A DNA stretch of 64,000 bases, from assembly GCA_043803105.1 (NCBI GenBank), contig JAZDKJ010000006.1, positions 64,001 through 128,000 of the forward strand, in the 5' to 3' direction. The translations under genes were made by a program, and so were the position numbers. The notes beneath the pieces were generated by a model that ran no database searches, had not been told where the DNA came from, and worked only from the letters and a program-made list of their open reading frames with translations. This document shows, piece after piece, positions 47,601 to 53,518 of the stretch (the stretch's first letter is position 1; each line of letters begins with the position of its first letter). This stretch comes from Candidatus Woesearchaeota archaeon. Lineage in GTDB: Archaea; Nanobdellota; Nanobdellia; Woesearchaeales; JAZDKJ01.

Positions 47601-50241
47601 TTCTGTAAGGTCGCTCTCGGTTGATACTGGCCCGCCAACCATTCAGCTGATAAGCCCTGCGCCCGGCTCTTATGATAATGATGGCAACTTTGTGCTTGTG
47701 TATAAGCCATACGACACAGGCGGTCTTAAAAATTGTAGTCTAATAATAAACAACAGGTTGAATCGGACAAATCAATCTGCTTTGAAAAACAACCTGAACA
47801 ACAATTTTACGATTTCTGGATTTGGCCAAGCTGCTTACAACTGGAGTATTAACTGTACAGATATTTTTGGACGGGTTGCCAATTCTTCTACCAGAACACT
47901 TTATCTGGATCTGTTCAAGCCTTCAATTTCTCTTCTCAAGCCATTGCCAGGCTCAATCTTTAACATTAGCACTGTGAAATTCAACTTTACTGTGTATGAC
48001 TCATTTGACTGGAACCTAGTCTGCAACCTTACTGTTGATTCTGCCGTCCGCTCTCCAAATATTGCAGTCTCTAATGGTACCATCGGCTCCAGCTCTGTTT
48101 CCGGCCTCGTTGATGCTGTCCATTATTGGAATGTTTCATGTTGGGACCATGCCTCTAACAAGAACACCTCGCGTACGCAGAACTTTACAGTAAGGCAGCC
48201 ACCAATAGTGCGTCAATTGCTTCCGTCAAACAACTCATGGTCCCAAAATCACAACGTCACCTTTTATTTCAACGCAACTGACAATGATGGTATAGAGAAT
48301 TGCTCGCTCTTCTTCGACAACAAGTTGAATCTAACCAAGACGGTAATTGTGAACCGTGTAAAAAGCAACATCACCCTGGTTGATGCCCCACAAGGCCTGC
48401 ATAACTGGAGCATCAGGTGTTTTGACAACAGTTCTCTTTTCAACAACGCTTCAACCCCTGTATGGCTTGTCAAAATTGATTACACTTTGCCTAATGTTTC
48501 TCTCATCTCTCCAGCCACAGGCACTTGGAACCATTCAAGCACAGTCTCGTTTTCCTATTCCTTTGTTGAGGCTAACAAGGATGTTTGCCAATTGTATGCT
48601 AACTTCAGCGGCTCTTGGAAAGGCAATGCTTCAAACAGGACAATGATTTCCGGCCAGGCAAACAAACTCACAACAACCGTGCGTGACGGAAGCTATAAAT
48701 GGAATGTTAGATGCAATGACTCTGCTGCAAACATTGCATTTGCAGGTTCTAACTGGACCATAAGAATAGATGCCACTCCACCCTCGATAAGATTAAAGGC
48801 ACCCGCAATGAATTATTGGGACAATAATGGCCTCGTTGTCTTTAATTTCTCGTTCACAGAAAAGTATCCTGACAAGTGCCAACTGTGGGCCAACTTCTCA
48901 AGCACTTGGAAAATGAATCAGACCATAAACAGTCCTCTGCCAAATGTTGATAACTTGTTTGATCAGCTAAATCTCCCCGAAGGTGCCTATAAGTGGAATG
49001 TTTGGTGCAATGATTCTGCAGGAAACTTTGCGTGGAACTCAACCAACCAGACACTCTTTGTTGACAAGTTTTCGCCTCACCTCTTGCTCATCTCCCCACT
49101 CAATGGCTCGAACGCCTCTGCCGAAGTTTACTTTAATTTCACAGTTTCCGATAATGTGGACTCCAACCTGACCTGCAACCTCACTCTTGATAACAAGGTC
49201 AATAGGAGCAGGCTTAATGCCTTAAGCGGCTCAGTCACCTCTGTTCTGGTTGAGGGTCTTAAGATGGGATATCACAATTGGAGCGTTTTGTGCTGGGACA
49301 ATGCCCTTCATTACAACCAGTCTGCAACACTTTGGTTCAACGTGAGCTTAAGTGATTTGATTGCGCTCTACACCAATTTGCATTTTAGCGACAACACTCC
49401 CGAGGAAGGTGTCAATATTACTGTCAACGCGACTATCCTGAATGACGGTGGTACAGATGCATTCAATATTACTGTAAGGTTCCTTGAGCGGAAGCCTTCT
49501 GGCGCTTTCTCCCAAATAGATGGATTGAAAATAGTAAATATTAGCGTTGGTGCCAATGCCACATTAGCCGTTCCCTGGACACCTAAGATTGGTTTGTATT
49601 ACATTCGTGTTGCGGTCGATCCTGCGAACAAGATAAAAGAGATCAGTGAGTCCAATAATAATGCTACTGCCAACATCACAACCTCGCTCTGGCATACAGT
49701 TAGGGGTAATGCTACCGGCGCCCTTTCAGTAAGTGATACTACCAATAGCTCAATTTACAGTTGGTCTGTATTGAACTCGTCAAGAAGCAATGTCTATGTT
49801 GCAGATTCTGATTCATTGATTTTATGGACCAGGCTTGAACCCCTTACAAGGAACCTTTCACATCACCTTAGGGTTGTTGATATTGAATATCTTGATCGCG
49901 GCTTGGGCTCTGCAAACCTTACCGATTCGCTCAACCGGACCTTTGTCTCTCAAGGTTCAATTCTCGCCACAAGGAATATATCTGTCTACAACAGGCTCCT
50001 GTTGTATGTCCCTGTTGCGAATAGTACCAACAGCTCCGAGTTTGTGACAGGCATTCTATGGGATGCCTCTGACCTGGATCTTGGTTTCTACAACGGGACC
50101 CAGGATGTTGTTTTTGTCACCCAGGTTCGCGCCCCGACCAATTCATATGGTTTTGGTTACGAATTGAGGATTCCTGCTTATCTGAGAAGCTACAAGACAA
50201 ACACTTTAGGGACTGTGACCTTTTACACAGAGCTAAAATGA
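35620..50241 (+). CDS. Giant secreted surface protein (~4873 aa): tail-collar/fibre-like HxH modules, many Ig-like repeats, DUF2341-like and jelly-roll-like domains, CARDB, conserved C-terminal domain
   Basis: Likely true start ATG 35620 (signal peptide MNKAIVFIGLFVILAALSYS), overlapping the wHTH stop; repeated P.V.L..P...F.FNVTD...NC.L...G.Y.W.VNCTD units; very dense N-x-S/T sequons. Confidence 0.88.
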   Translation: MNKAIVFIGLFVILAALSYSEESIFTDKFEYQAGETVNIFIGANLSPALELDIIFSGQLFTFSSTNNSRYAFKPRTAGEYFVTLVNLSSNRSVAVISFKLLGQSLRWVRCTDHASYNIADRVLIAFNSSIIDLNLSVGDRTYQFAGDLEKPVMFRPLFPGAYLVQATDHTGESLFCNFSVSGNQSVVGPQILNNTHFVSPPRFKLHDSRKHELLVLNYSINSSEAVVLPLNSFAKKIVFHGLHNSTNLSLGLDEVSGSVPSPSGVRWKRVFAIDPSNLNFTSALVTLRAQGKALYKCREWDFSRQQCLGSWEKVKDITPGIDYNITLGPEDPGYAEAEINIINVQSYPQVGGTWTVMFTTVGSADLVITPINGTTWNGPGQDLMFMEIRCGESPLSFSWINNSVVVSNFSCNDTAYEVSKVLTSGKHLLEFSFGASKAYARNAAGDGYLIMLWDKATIPTNWTCISCTSTSPFYQRLPRGNSTYGAPSGSATHTHAVSLLSISYASSTVFGGETNTDATSTTHTHAVASQTSSSASSLPRYRNLKFIMYNYKVPKTLPAGIIGLFNSSPPAFWTLYSKEDGYFIMGENTTSTGGANSHNHTVSSFSLDATGDLAGRVWTNQAGDDARANHQHTVSPPTSQSASTMPPYIHVILANLSKDSPLPIGLIGMFNDTPSAYWSLLSSLGGKFSGKFIVGNSTAYGKTSSSQSHAHANYFFASGAATTNRLSRSSGTVVASDSHTHNVTLSFTNVTNLPPYINVIFSWSRAGWAYPNVTQITPAPDYVDSATSPTIQVNFTCRITDDYDAKNLSLYLTNNNNRSIKLNETCLIPSVNGSCSWIKGLRTGNYTWNCEGFDETGLGSFTKNRTVRLLWANSKPPIITITRPKNNTFSKNPVILNLTTDEDAVCRYSTTSTFSFAAGTLFSKTGTTIHGTNLGTLSNSTTYVYYVKCNDTVGNVNNVSNQAAVQFTVDNKPPRITLNIPVNGYNTTSEIVNFTWTTYDALDTNITCNLTLDSAVISASKYSPNNSKTSIVSSVTEKIHQWNVSCWDSAGNRNTSSTSIFTRRIIKAVLRVQTRNYTYKQNKAVNLTTRKVYDSGDLEPSTVLVTSYNRTGTVEYNFTSYSAKGHSAFYSDSAGSQPPASGPSINGEAVFTAAAYNALNKSDDSRADFGNVNDFRSHRFQFRINETSAIMTKLGFYYEGYDAGGDVYPLQFFLWDFSQQSWVYLGEHLSYTTDGIITATKSSSLASYVNSSHYLDIAVVTGNPGSAKTLYTDYVYVNVTKHDELDGDASSGFTNYSNVIAGNFTKLLDAYVRLQVTAYNASGSKNASNTYPDIEIQLYDGSKFGYSYRCNLTGSLGLSSKQPTNCSVHVVNSTIVTAWTNSSNRRVRVRAVNLDSTTKASDLISWNGFFVRLESPSELQNYGDLNLTGRLIIQVKNSTGRVLGVLYNQSIKVRYNSSLNFSGLPISWNTDSYPLGMYRVYAGLFNASNGMIRNYDGTFVNDTSPFVIDYLRITAQSPTNRSVVDATSFWANLTLSYLSYKSGGWCAYSMDNKPNVSMRNNSATHFFNRTSNISVGQHSIRFFCNDTQKDISSSLKIYFNGTDQTGPQVLLTSPANEAEETDGNVSFFYNVTDLVSGIKNCTLEFNFAPEATKTSIQEAKNLNFSMAEIPNGGPYYWRVYCYDNSPARNIGYSSYRSFIIGTDTDKPVVTLSDPVDGYNTSNNDLPLIYRVYDPTTGIKNCTLVLNNKKNETRTNIIQQGFPYKYNNFTLQNLGDGNYTWSVNCTDTSSAHNQGNSSTWRFTVNRDTDFPIVYLVLPADNYTSSSGAMDFYFNVTDFSSGIANCSLLINGTVNSTIDNVTEGILQHLYVPGFKDGSYVWQVNCTDDSYDTNTNTSAHLHFNVERLMNMRLIMTAFMAEYQKGSQLNETVNITALLYDLVGYPLSGMVDSDFIKANTSVKWWNSSWQRRKPIYLNNSVPYNKPNYLVEVNITGLSSFIRNCTKEIRIVDIHNIEVPSQVISGNDLTWCSVAFKANVSASAVNENRYFAYHNYTLATKPSYKTIALKGWRTYNFSNRAVFGHHAYNSNNPSDGGPQPPNIGPALNNEVEFTPQQYSDVQFSDNSRATSGTVNTERSHRFVFNISANASDADSITFVWEGYTTGSGPSVVLYLWNYSSSAWVQFGTHSITSDRNLSNSLNGTSLSSFVHNNLLHIAAVSDDPSNAQTLYTDFVQAKVLTNTVTNNSKVGSTEVFVARLANSTGSDGILKMNLSTDFMELGFFSVVGLASTSSYFNTTNHTHYTVAIDHTSPQVLLKKPIDLNISYVSDISLFFNVTDLLSGIKNCSLILNNKVNLTNTTVSEGSTIGFSLYNLANGDYNWTVNCTDDSSLQNRGTAAKRKFTIAKDTVAPIASLKNPSPGWTDANGNITLFFNVTDNLMPTADCTLYFNSSRNETKQGLQTGAHTHNFTLTGLNNGFYSWFVNCSDTSSQRNYASSQTWNFSVTIDFATPLIKLRFPHNATQLTNENITFAYNVTDALFNVSNCSLYLNGELDQTNITIKELANNTFRYFYMAGPYNWSVYCIDSSENANAVMSDIWEFLVAPDNDGPLVNPVFPPDSIELSEGNITFYYNVSDFASDVENCSLFINQTGMAFSSNIAEGIKQNLSVVLQNGSYYWIVNCTDNSENHNTGASAARKLTIGLDRTGPTVTLLSPVPPYNDTDGNVLLQYSVIDYASGVRNCSLFINDKVNATNSTIAESENLHFRLSTLSNGFYTWHMNCTDTSSLANTGKSLKWNFTVTLDNEGPAVNLVLPDDYATDTDGNRIFYYSVDDVISGIVNCSLVINNKLNLTNSSRIIENALSNFTITGLGTGQYNWSVNCTDNSDNHNRKGAQTRHLTVVVDATAPVVELISPSDLTADNDGNRTFYFNVTDSLTNVSSCTLHVGPYTYINTSLLQGLTQSFKLSAMSNGVYRWNISCVDSSENQNNGISGSRTLTVRIDLSPPLVTLKLPLNYTQSFSNDVVFTFNVTDVSPLKNCSLIANSTILASNSTIARNVTQDFALTVPSGSYLWSINCTDSSEHFLKSSSEKRVLVVGPDVIGPTVRLTNPPNNAQDTDGNVIFEFNASDFASALKNCSLILNGHLNRTKDNPPENTYLNFTVYNLGNGNYTWQVNCTDDSSNFNTAASEQRLLVVGVDQSPPAITLYSPANLSIYNSKDVVFAFMVYDYSSSVPNCSLILNSRFNQSKKPVVEQAPQYFYLQDLADGFYNWSVNCTDNMSNVGASSTWKVTVFRPRQLIADVYASAPSYELGLTAIIVANVTNSSKGSMNATVFSDIIRGNATSPWWSSSWKHRLPVDINSTNLTRKDSLVELAVNFTKLLKTDIGNLTVRFDANSVRVVEWASNQSKETVSQFDQGPSFNKSRNAIGTVRWIMNGTTQQNTIRKFYVYFDVEENGAKSQPNYAKPSFTFKGSGKSVLYDGASQSADRLTIRKSNSSFTLQFGSGQSNTNQQNVHFQGAGSIWNITVNRTRLTNYFDSIVPISIYNSYFINANSSSVVHSGAVLSAVNIPGYINASPGSKVNLNYSVWFTNDEIRLRANLVAQFSQANNNPASYFNNLWFAYMFDYLSSWNSFVHRLNSSTYGQTHNYHSPTTMQDTTNQFNAGRWYSEYWATVGSLNLYAEKFLLNGAANTVGVVTYDDYYNPAQGKLTESDAAGFNYNQDKAIAALDKYNLTVWLVFSRNGSYRRGSVLRSELTTPLLIRQRNPETLMKRQSGVTGSQGFISYQWATSGNSLGWYAATMLANKSLYYNGADYFPFQITQDITKPNVTLISPSGWINYSSVLFTYNVSESNPLVPNCSLIINGKLNKTNKTITNNARNYFRLSNLGNADYNWTVNCTDYAGNVASALTKKIMIDTVRPPLNISFPPQSALLSSTKVDFNFTVTDNRATNLTCELFVNSALRKTVVAFNNTRTNMTTNLSDGTYTWYVRCTDWASNRNTSSVRSLSVDTGPPTIQLISPAPGSYDNDGNFVLVYKPYDTGGLKNCSLIINNRLNRTNQSALKNNLNNNFTISGFGQAAYNWSINCTDIFGRVANSSTRTLYLDLFKPSISLLKPLPGSIFNISTVKFNFTVYDSFDWNLVCNLTVDSAVRSPNIAVSNGTIGSSSVSGLVDAVHYWNVSCWDHASNKNTSRTQNFTVRQPPIVRQLLPSNNSWSQNHNVTFYFNATDNDGIENCSLFFDNKLNLTKTVIVNRVKSNITLVDAPQGLHNWSIRCFDNSSLFNNASTPVWLVKIDYTLPNVSLISPATGTWNHSSTVSFSYSFVEANKDVCQLYANFSGSWKGNASNRTMISGQANKLTTTVRDGSYKWNVRCNDSAANIAFAGSNWTIRIDATPPSIRLKAPAMNYWDNNGLVVFNFSFTEKYPDKCQLWANFSSTWKMNQTINSPLPNVDNLFDQLNLPEGAYKWNVWCNDSAGNFAWNSTNQTLFVDKFSPHLLLISPLNGSNASAEVYFNFTVSDNVDSNLTCNLTLDNKVNRSRLNALSGSVTSVLVEGLKMGYHNWSVLCWDNALHYNQSATLWFNVSLSDLIALYTNLHFSDNTPEEGVNITVNATILNDGGTDAFNITVRFLERKPSGAFSQIDGLKIVNISVGANATLAVPWTPKIGLYYIRVAVDPANKIKEISESNNNATANITTSLWHTVRGNATGALSVSDTTNSSIYSWSVLNSSRSNVYVADSDSLILWTRLEPLTRNLSHHLRVVDIEYLDRGLGSANLTDSLNRTFVSQGSILATRNISVYNRLLLYVPVANSTNSSEFVTGILWDASDLDLGFYNGTQDVVFVTQVRAPTNSYGFGYELRIPAYLRSYKTNTLGTVTFYTELK

Positions 50242-52394
50242 GAAGGTTTTTGATATGGGTGTTGTCATTTCTTGTTCTTATCCAGTTGGTCGCCTCGCCC
50301 CCGCCCCTTCCTCACAGTGTCTCAGGCACGATCTACAACTCAGATGGCATCAACCAGGTTTCGCTCGGAACAAAATATATTCTTAATGACACAACCATTA
50401 ATTCATTTGTTCTCGGCGAGACCAATGTTCCGATTCCTGGCATGTCAGGCATGTATTTTGAGACAATTGATGGTTCCGAATCAGATAGCCTAGCTATTTT
50501 GGCATGGAACTCTACTTACTACGGAAAAATGACTTACATCCTTGTTGGTGATATGGAGAATGTTGACGTTTCTTTGGGCACTTTACGGCCGCCCGAGGTA
50601 AAGGTTGTAATAGTGTCTCCTCTCAACAACACCAATGTGGAGATTAATGCCTCTTTCAACCTTACCGCTAACATCACCTCAATTGGCGGCTCATCAAGCA
50701 TCGGCTGCAATGTGACAATCAATTTCAGCAATCCATTCACAGTGCGCTTGAAGAATTCTGATGCTAGGCATTCGCTTGGCAACCTGCCACTAGCAAGCTC
50801 TGTCTTGACTAACTGGGAGCTTGTTGGTTCAAAGGGCTGGTCTGTGAATCTTACGGTGGCTGCAAAATGCTCTTCTGACTCCCAGAACTTTGACAATCTC
50901 AACCATTATACCGTCTATAATCTTGTTGTGAATGATGATGATCCCCCCATCATTCAGCTATTTGAGCCTTCAAACAATTCTTGGGCCAGGTCCTCACCTA
51001 CAGTATTTGTCTATCAGGTTAGTGACCTTAGTGGAATCGTGAACTGCAGTTTGTTCCTTGATGGAAAACTTAATAAGACAAACTTTTCTGTCTCCGATTC
51101 GATCAAGCAGAATTTCTCTATCCGCCCAACACAAGCCAATCACACCTGGAAGGTTTCCTGTGCAGATAATAGCAGCTGGCATAATCTCGGAACTAGCCTG
51201 ACCTGGTTCATGAGGGTTGATACTGTCGCTCCCAATATCACCTTGGTCGCTCCACCTAATGACACTGCTCGTGCCAACAATACTGTTGCCTTTGTGTATA
51301 ATGTGACAGACTCAAACCAGGTACTGAATTGTTCACTCGTGATAAACAGCTCTTTTTTTTCCTCTTCGTCATCAATCACTAAGGCAGTAAATTCTACAAT
51401 CACCTATACCCTCCGGCACGGCATGTATTTCTGGAGCATTAACTGCACTGATGCCGCAGGCAACATTGGCCATTCATTAAGCAGGGAACTTAACATTACA
51501 GACCCTGACCTTGAAGTTTCCAGTTTGCTGCTGAGTAATCCCAAGCCTGTTGAAGATGAGCTCGTGATTATTAACGCCAGTATCAGCAACATTGGTGATG
51601 AGAACGCTACTGGTATTGTCGTGAAGTTTCTTGAAGGAGACCCTGGTGTGGAATTCTCGAACTCAACAATAAACATTTCAAGGGGTAAAGTTGCTTATGT
51701 TGCTGCAAGCTGGCACGCCAAAGTGGGCCAGAACACGATTTTTGTGCTGGTCGATCCGCCAATTGAGACTAACGGATCAATCATGGAGATCCGAGAGGAC
51801 AATAACCTGGCAAATATTACAGTCTATGTGCCGATGTGGCAAATCTTCTACGGAAGCCTTTATGGTCAGCTCTTATTAGACACTACAGGTGATAGTTCAC
51901 TCGTAAGATGGTCCAATATAACTGACTTTTTTGGCAATGTTTATGTTGCAGATTCTGACTCCAGGGTTTCCTGGTCTTCTCTTTCTGCCTTGAGCCTCAA
52001 TCTGTCCTTTCAAGCGAACCTGTCAGACTTTCAGGTGCTGGATAATGCCTTGAACACCTCTGCATTCAATGATTCAATCAATCGCTCTTTTCTGGGCCGC
52101 CAAGGCTCGCCGGACAGGCGCACCTTTACAGTTTTTGACCTAAACATCACAGGGGTTCCTGTCATCAACAGCACCAATACCTCTAATTTTGTTACAGGCA
52201 TTCTTTGGGACTCGAGCGATTTGGCAATAGGGCATTACAACGGCACCCAGGACATAGTCTTTGTTGGAAACGTTCAGCACGCGCAGGGTTCTCATGGCAT
52301 TTATGATTATGAGGTTCGGATTCCTGCCTACCTGCGTTCTCTGGTGAATCCAAACAACCTTAACACTCTCACTTTTTATGTGGAGATTACCTGA
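50238..52394 (+). CDS. Secreted surface protein with Ig-like repeats, CARDB and the same C-terminal domain as the giant protein
   Basis: Signal peptide; PDLEVS...VLVDPP...IREDNNLA; NVYVADSDS...FVTGILWD...YNGTQD...RIPAYLRS; ATGA overlap. Confidence 0.85.
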   Translation: MRRFLIWVLSFLVLIQLVASPPPLPHSVSGTIYNSDGINQVSLGTKYILNDTTINSFVLGETNVPIPGMSGMYFETIDGSESDSLAILAWNSTYYGKMTYILVGDMENVDVSLGTLRPPEVKVVIVSPLNNTNVEINASFNLTANITSIGGSSSIGCNVTINFSNPFTVRLKNSDARHSLGNLPLASSVLTNWELVGSKGWSVNLTVAAKCSSDSQNFDNLNHYTVYNLVVNDDDPPIIQLFEPSNNSWARSSPTVFVYQVSDLSGIVNCSLFLDGKLNKTNFSVSDSIKQNFSIRPTQANHTWKVSCADNSSWHNLGTSLTWFMRVDTVAPNITLVAPPNDTARANNTVAFVYNVTDSNQVLNCSLVINSSFFSSSSSITKAVNSTITYTLRHGMYFWSINCTDAAGNIGHSLSRELNITDPDLEVSSLLLSNPKPVEDELVIINASISNIGDENATGIVVKFLEGDPGVEFSNSTINISRGKVAYVAASWHAKVGQNTIFVLVDPPIETNGSIMEIREDNNLANITVYVPMWQIFYGSLYGQLLLDTTGDSSLVRWSNITDFFGNVYVADSDSRVSWSSLSALSLNLSFQANLSDFQVLDNALNTSAFNDSINRSFLGRQGSPDRRTFTVFDLNITGVPVINSTNTSNFVTGILWDSSDLAIGHYNGTQDIVFVGNVQHAQGSHGIYDYEVRIPAYLRSLVNPNNLNTLTFYVEIT

Positions 52395-52447
52395 CTTGCA
52401 AAAAGTATTTAAACCATAAGAGCGCATCATTGCCAAAAGAGGTATGA

Positions 52448-53209
52448 ATGACAAATTCTGAACCTGAAAGGATTAGGGTGGGAGTGCCTGGGTTTGATGA
52501 CCTGATTGAAAAAGGCCTGCCTAAAGGCATCAATATACTGATTTCTGGTGGGCCTGGGACAGGCAAGACCACTTTTTGTCTTCAGGCGCTTGCCTATGGT
52601 GCGAAAAATGGCGAGAAATGTTTGTACATGTCATTTGAAGAAAGCAGGGAAAGGTTGTTGCAGCACATGCGAGACTATGGGTTTGACCCAGACAGCCTGC
52701 TAGAAAAAAATCTTCTTATGATAAAGTGCATTGACCCATTCCAGATTTCGCGTTCGGTTGAGGCCTTGCTGGCAAGCGCACGAGGAGAATTGCTGATTGA
52801 TATTAATGAGGTTGCACCGATGCTGCCTGTCGATTTTAAGCCTGACAGGATAATCTTTGATTCTTTATCTGCTGTTGCAGCTGCCTTCGCAGAAAAAGAG
52901 GAAGGCTTTAGGGTTTATATAGAACAGTTATTTCGGGAGTTGGGAAAAGTTGGAGCCACGTCATTTCTTATTTCTGAGGTGGAACAGGGGCTGACCAGAT
53001 ACAGCAAAAGCGGTGTTGAAGAGTTTCTGGCTGATGCAGTGATCGCTTTCTATAACCTGCGGAGGGAAAATCTGAGGCTAAATGCTCTTGAGATCATCAA
53101 GATTCGTGGTGCTGCCCACCAGAAAAAGGTCGTTCCTTTTAGCATGTTGTCTGGGAAAGGAATCGAGGTTTATCCTTTGGAGAACATTTTCACAACAGAC
53201 AAAGACTAG
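52448..53209 (+). CDS. KaiC/RAD55-family RecA-like ATPase (single domain)
   Basis: GVPGFDDLIEKGLP, GGPGTGKTT, YMSFEE, IIFDSLS, EEFLADAVI, IIKIRG. Confidence 0.9.
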   Translation: MTNSEPERIRVGVPGFDDLIEKGLPKGINILISGGPGTGKTTFCLQALAYGAKNGEKCLYMSFEESRERLLQHMRDYGFDPDSLLEKNLLMIKCIDPFQISRSVEALLASARGELLIDINEVAPMLPVDFKPDRIIFDSLSAVAAAFAEKEEGFRVYIEQLFRELGKVGATSFLISEVEQGLTRYSKSGVEEFLADAVIAFYNLRRENLRLNALEIIKIRGAAHQKKVVPFSMLSGKGIEVYPLENIFTTDKD

Positions 53210-53245
53210 ACTTTTTTTTAACATAAAAAGTGCGAGTTCTAGTAT

Positions 53246-53318
53246 CTAATATTAGTAACTAATGATAGAACATTTGTCGAAAGATTTAAATACGAACATT
53301 AGTAATTATCATTAGTAA
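53246..53318 (+). promoter_or_regulatory. BRE-TATA promoter flanked by repeated ATTAGTAA operator-like boxes
   Basis: TTTAAATA 53285-53292; ATTAGTAA at 53251, 53298 and 53311; CTAAT-ATTAG palindrome 53246-53255. Confidence 0.6.
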
Positions 53319-53518
53319 TGAAGACTGGCATAAAAATTCAGAAGGATATACTAGAATTGTTGGCTTTGTATGATAGACCTCTCTCAACTAGGGAGCTTGC
53401 GCTTGACCTTGACCATGCCTGGCATTCTATCCAGAATAACTGCCTTCGCCTGCAGATTGCCGGCAAGGTGCGCGGTTTTAGGGTCGGCAACATGAACCTA
53501 TGGGAATTAAAAAAGTAG
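53318..53518 (+). CDS. Small winged-helix DNA-binding protein
   Basis: ILELL...PLSTRELALDL..AWHSIQNNCLRLQIAGKV...GNMNLW. Confidence 0.78.
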   Translation: MKTGIKIQKDILELLALYDRPLSTRELALDLDHAWHSIQNNCLRLQIAGKVRGFRVGNMNLWELKK

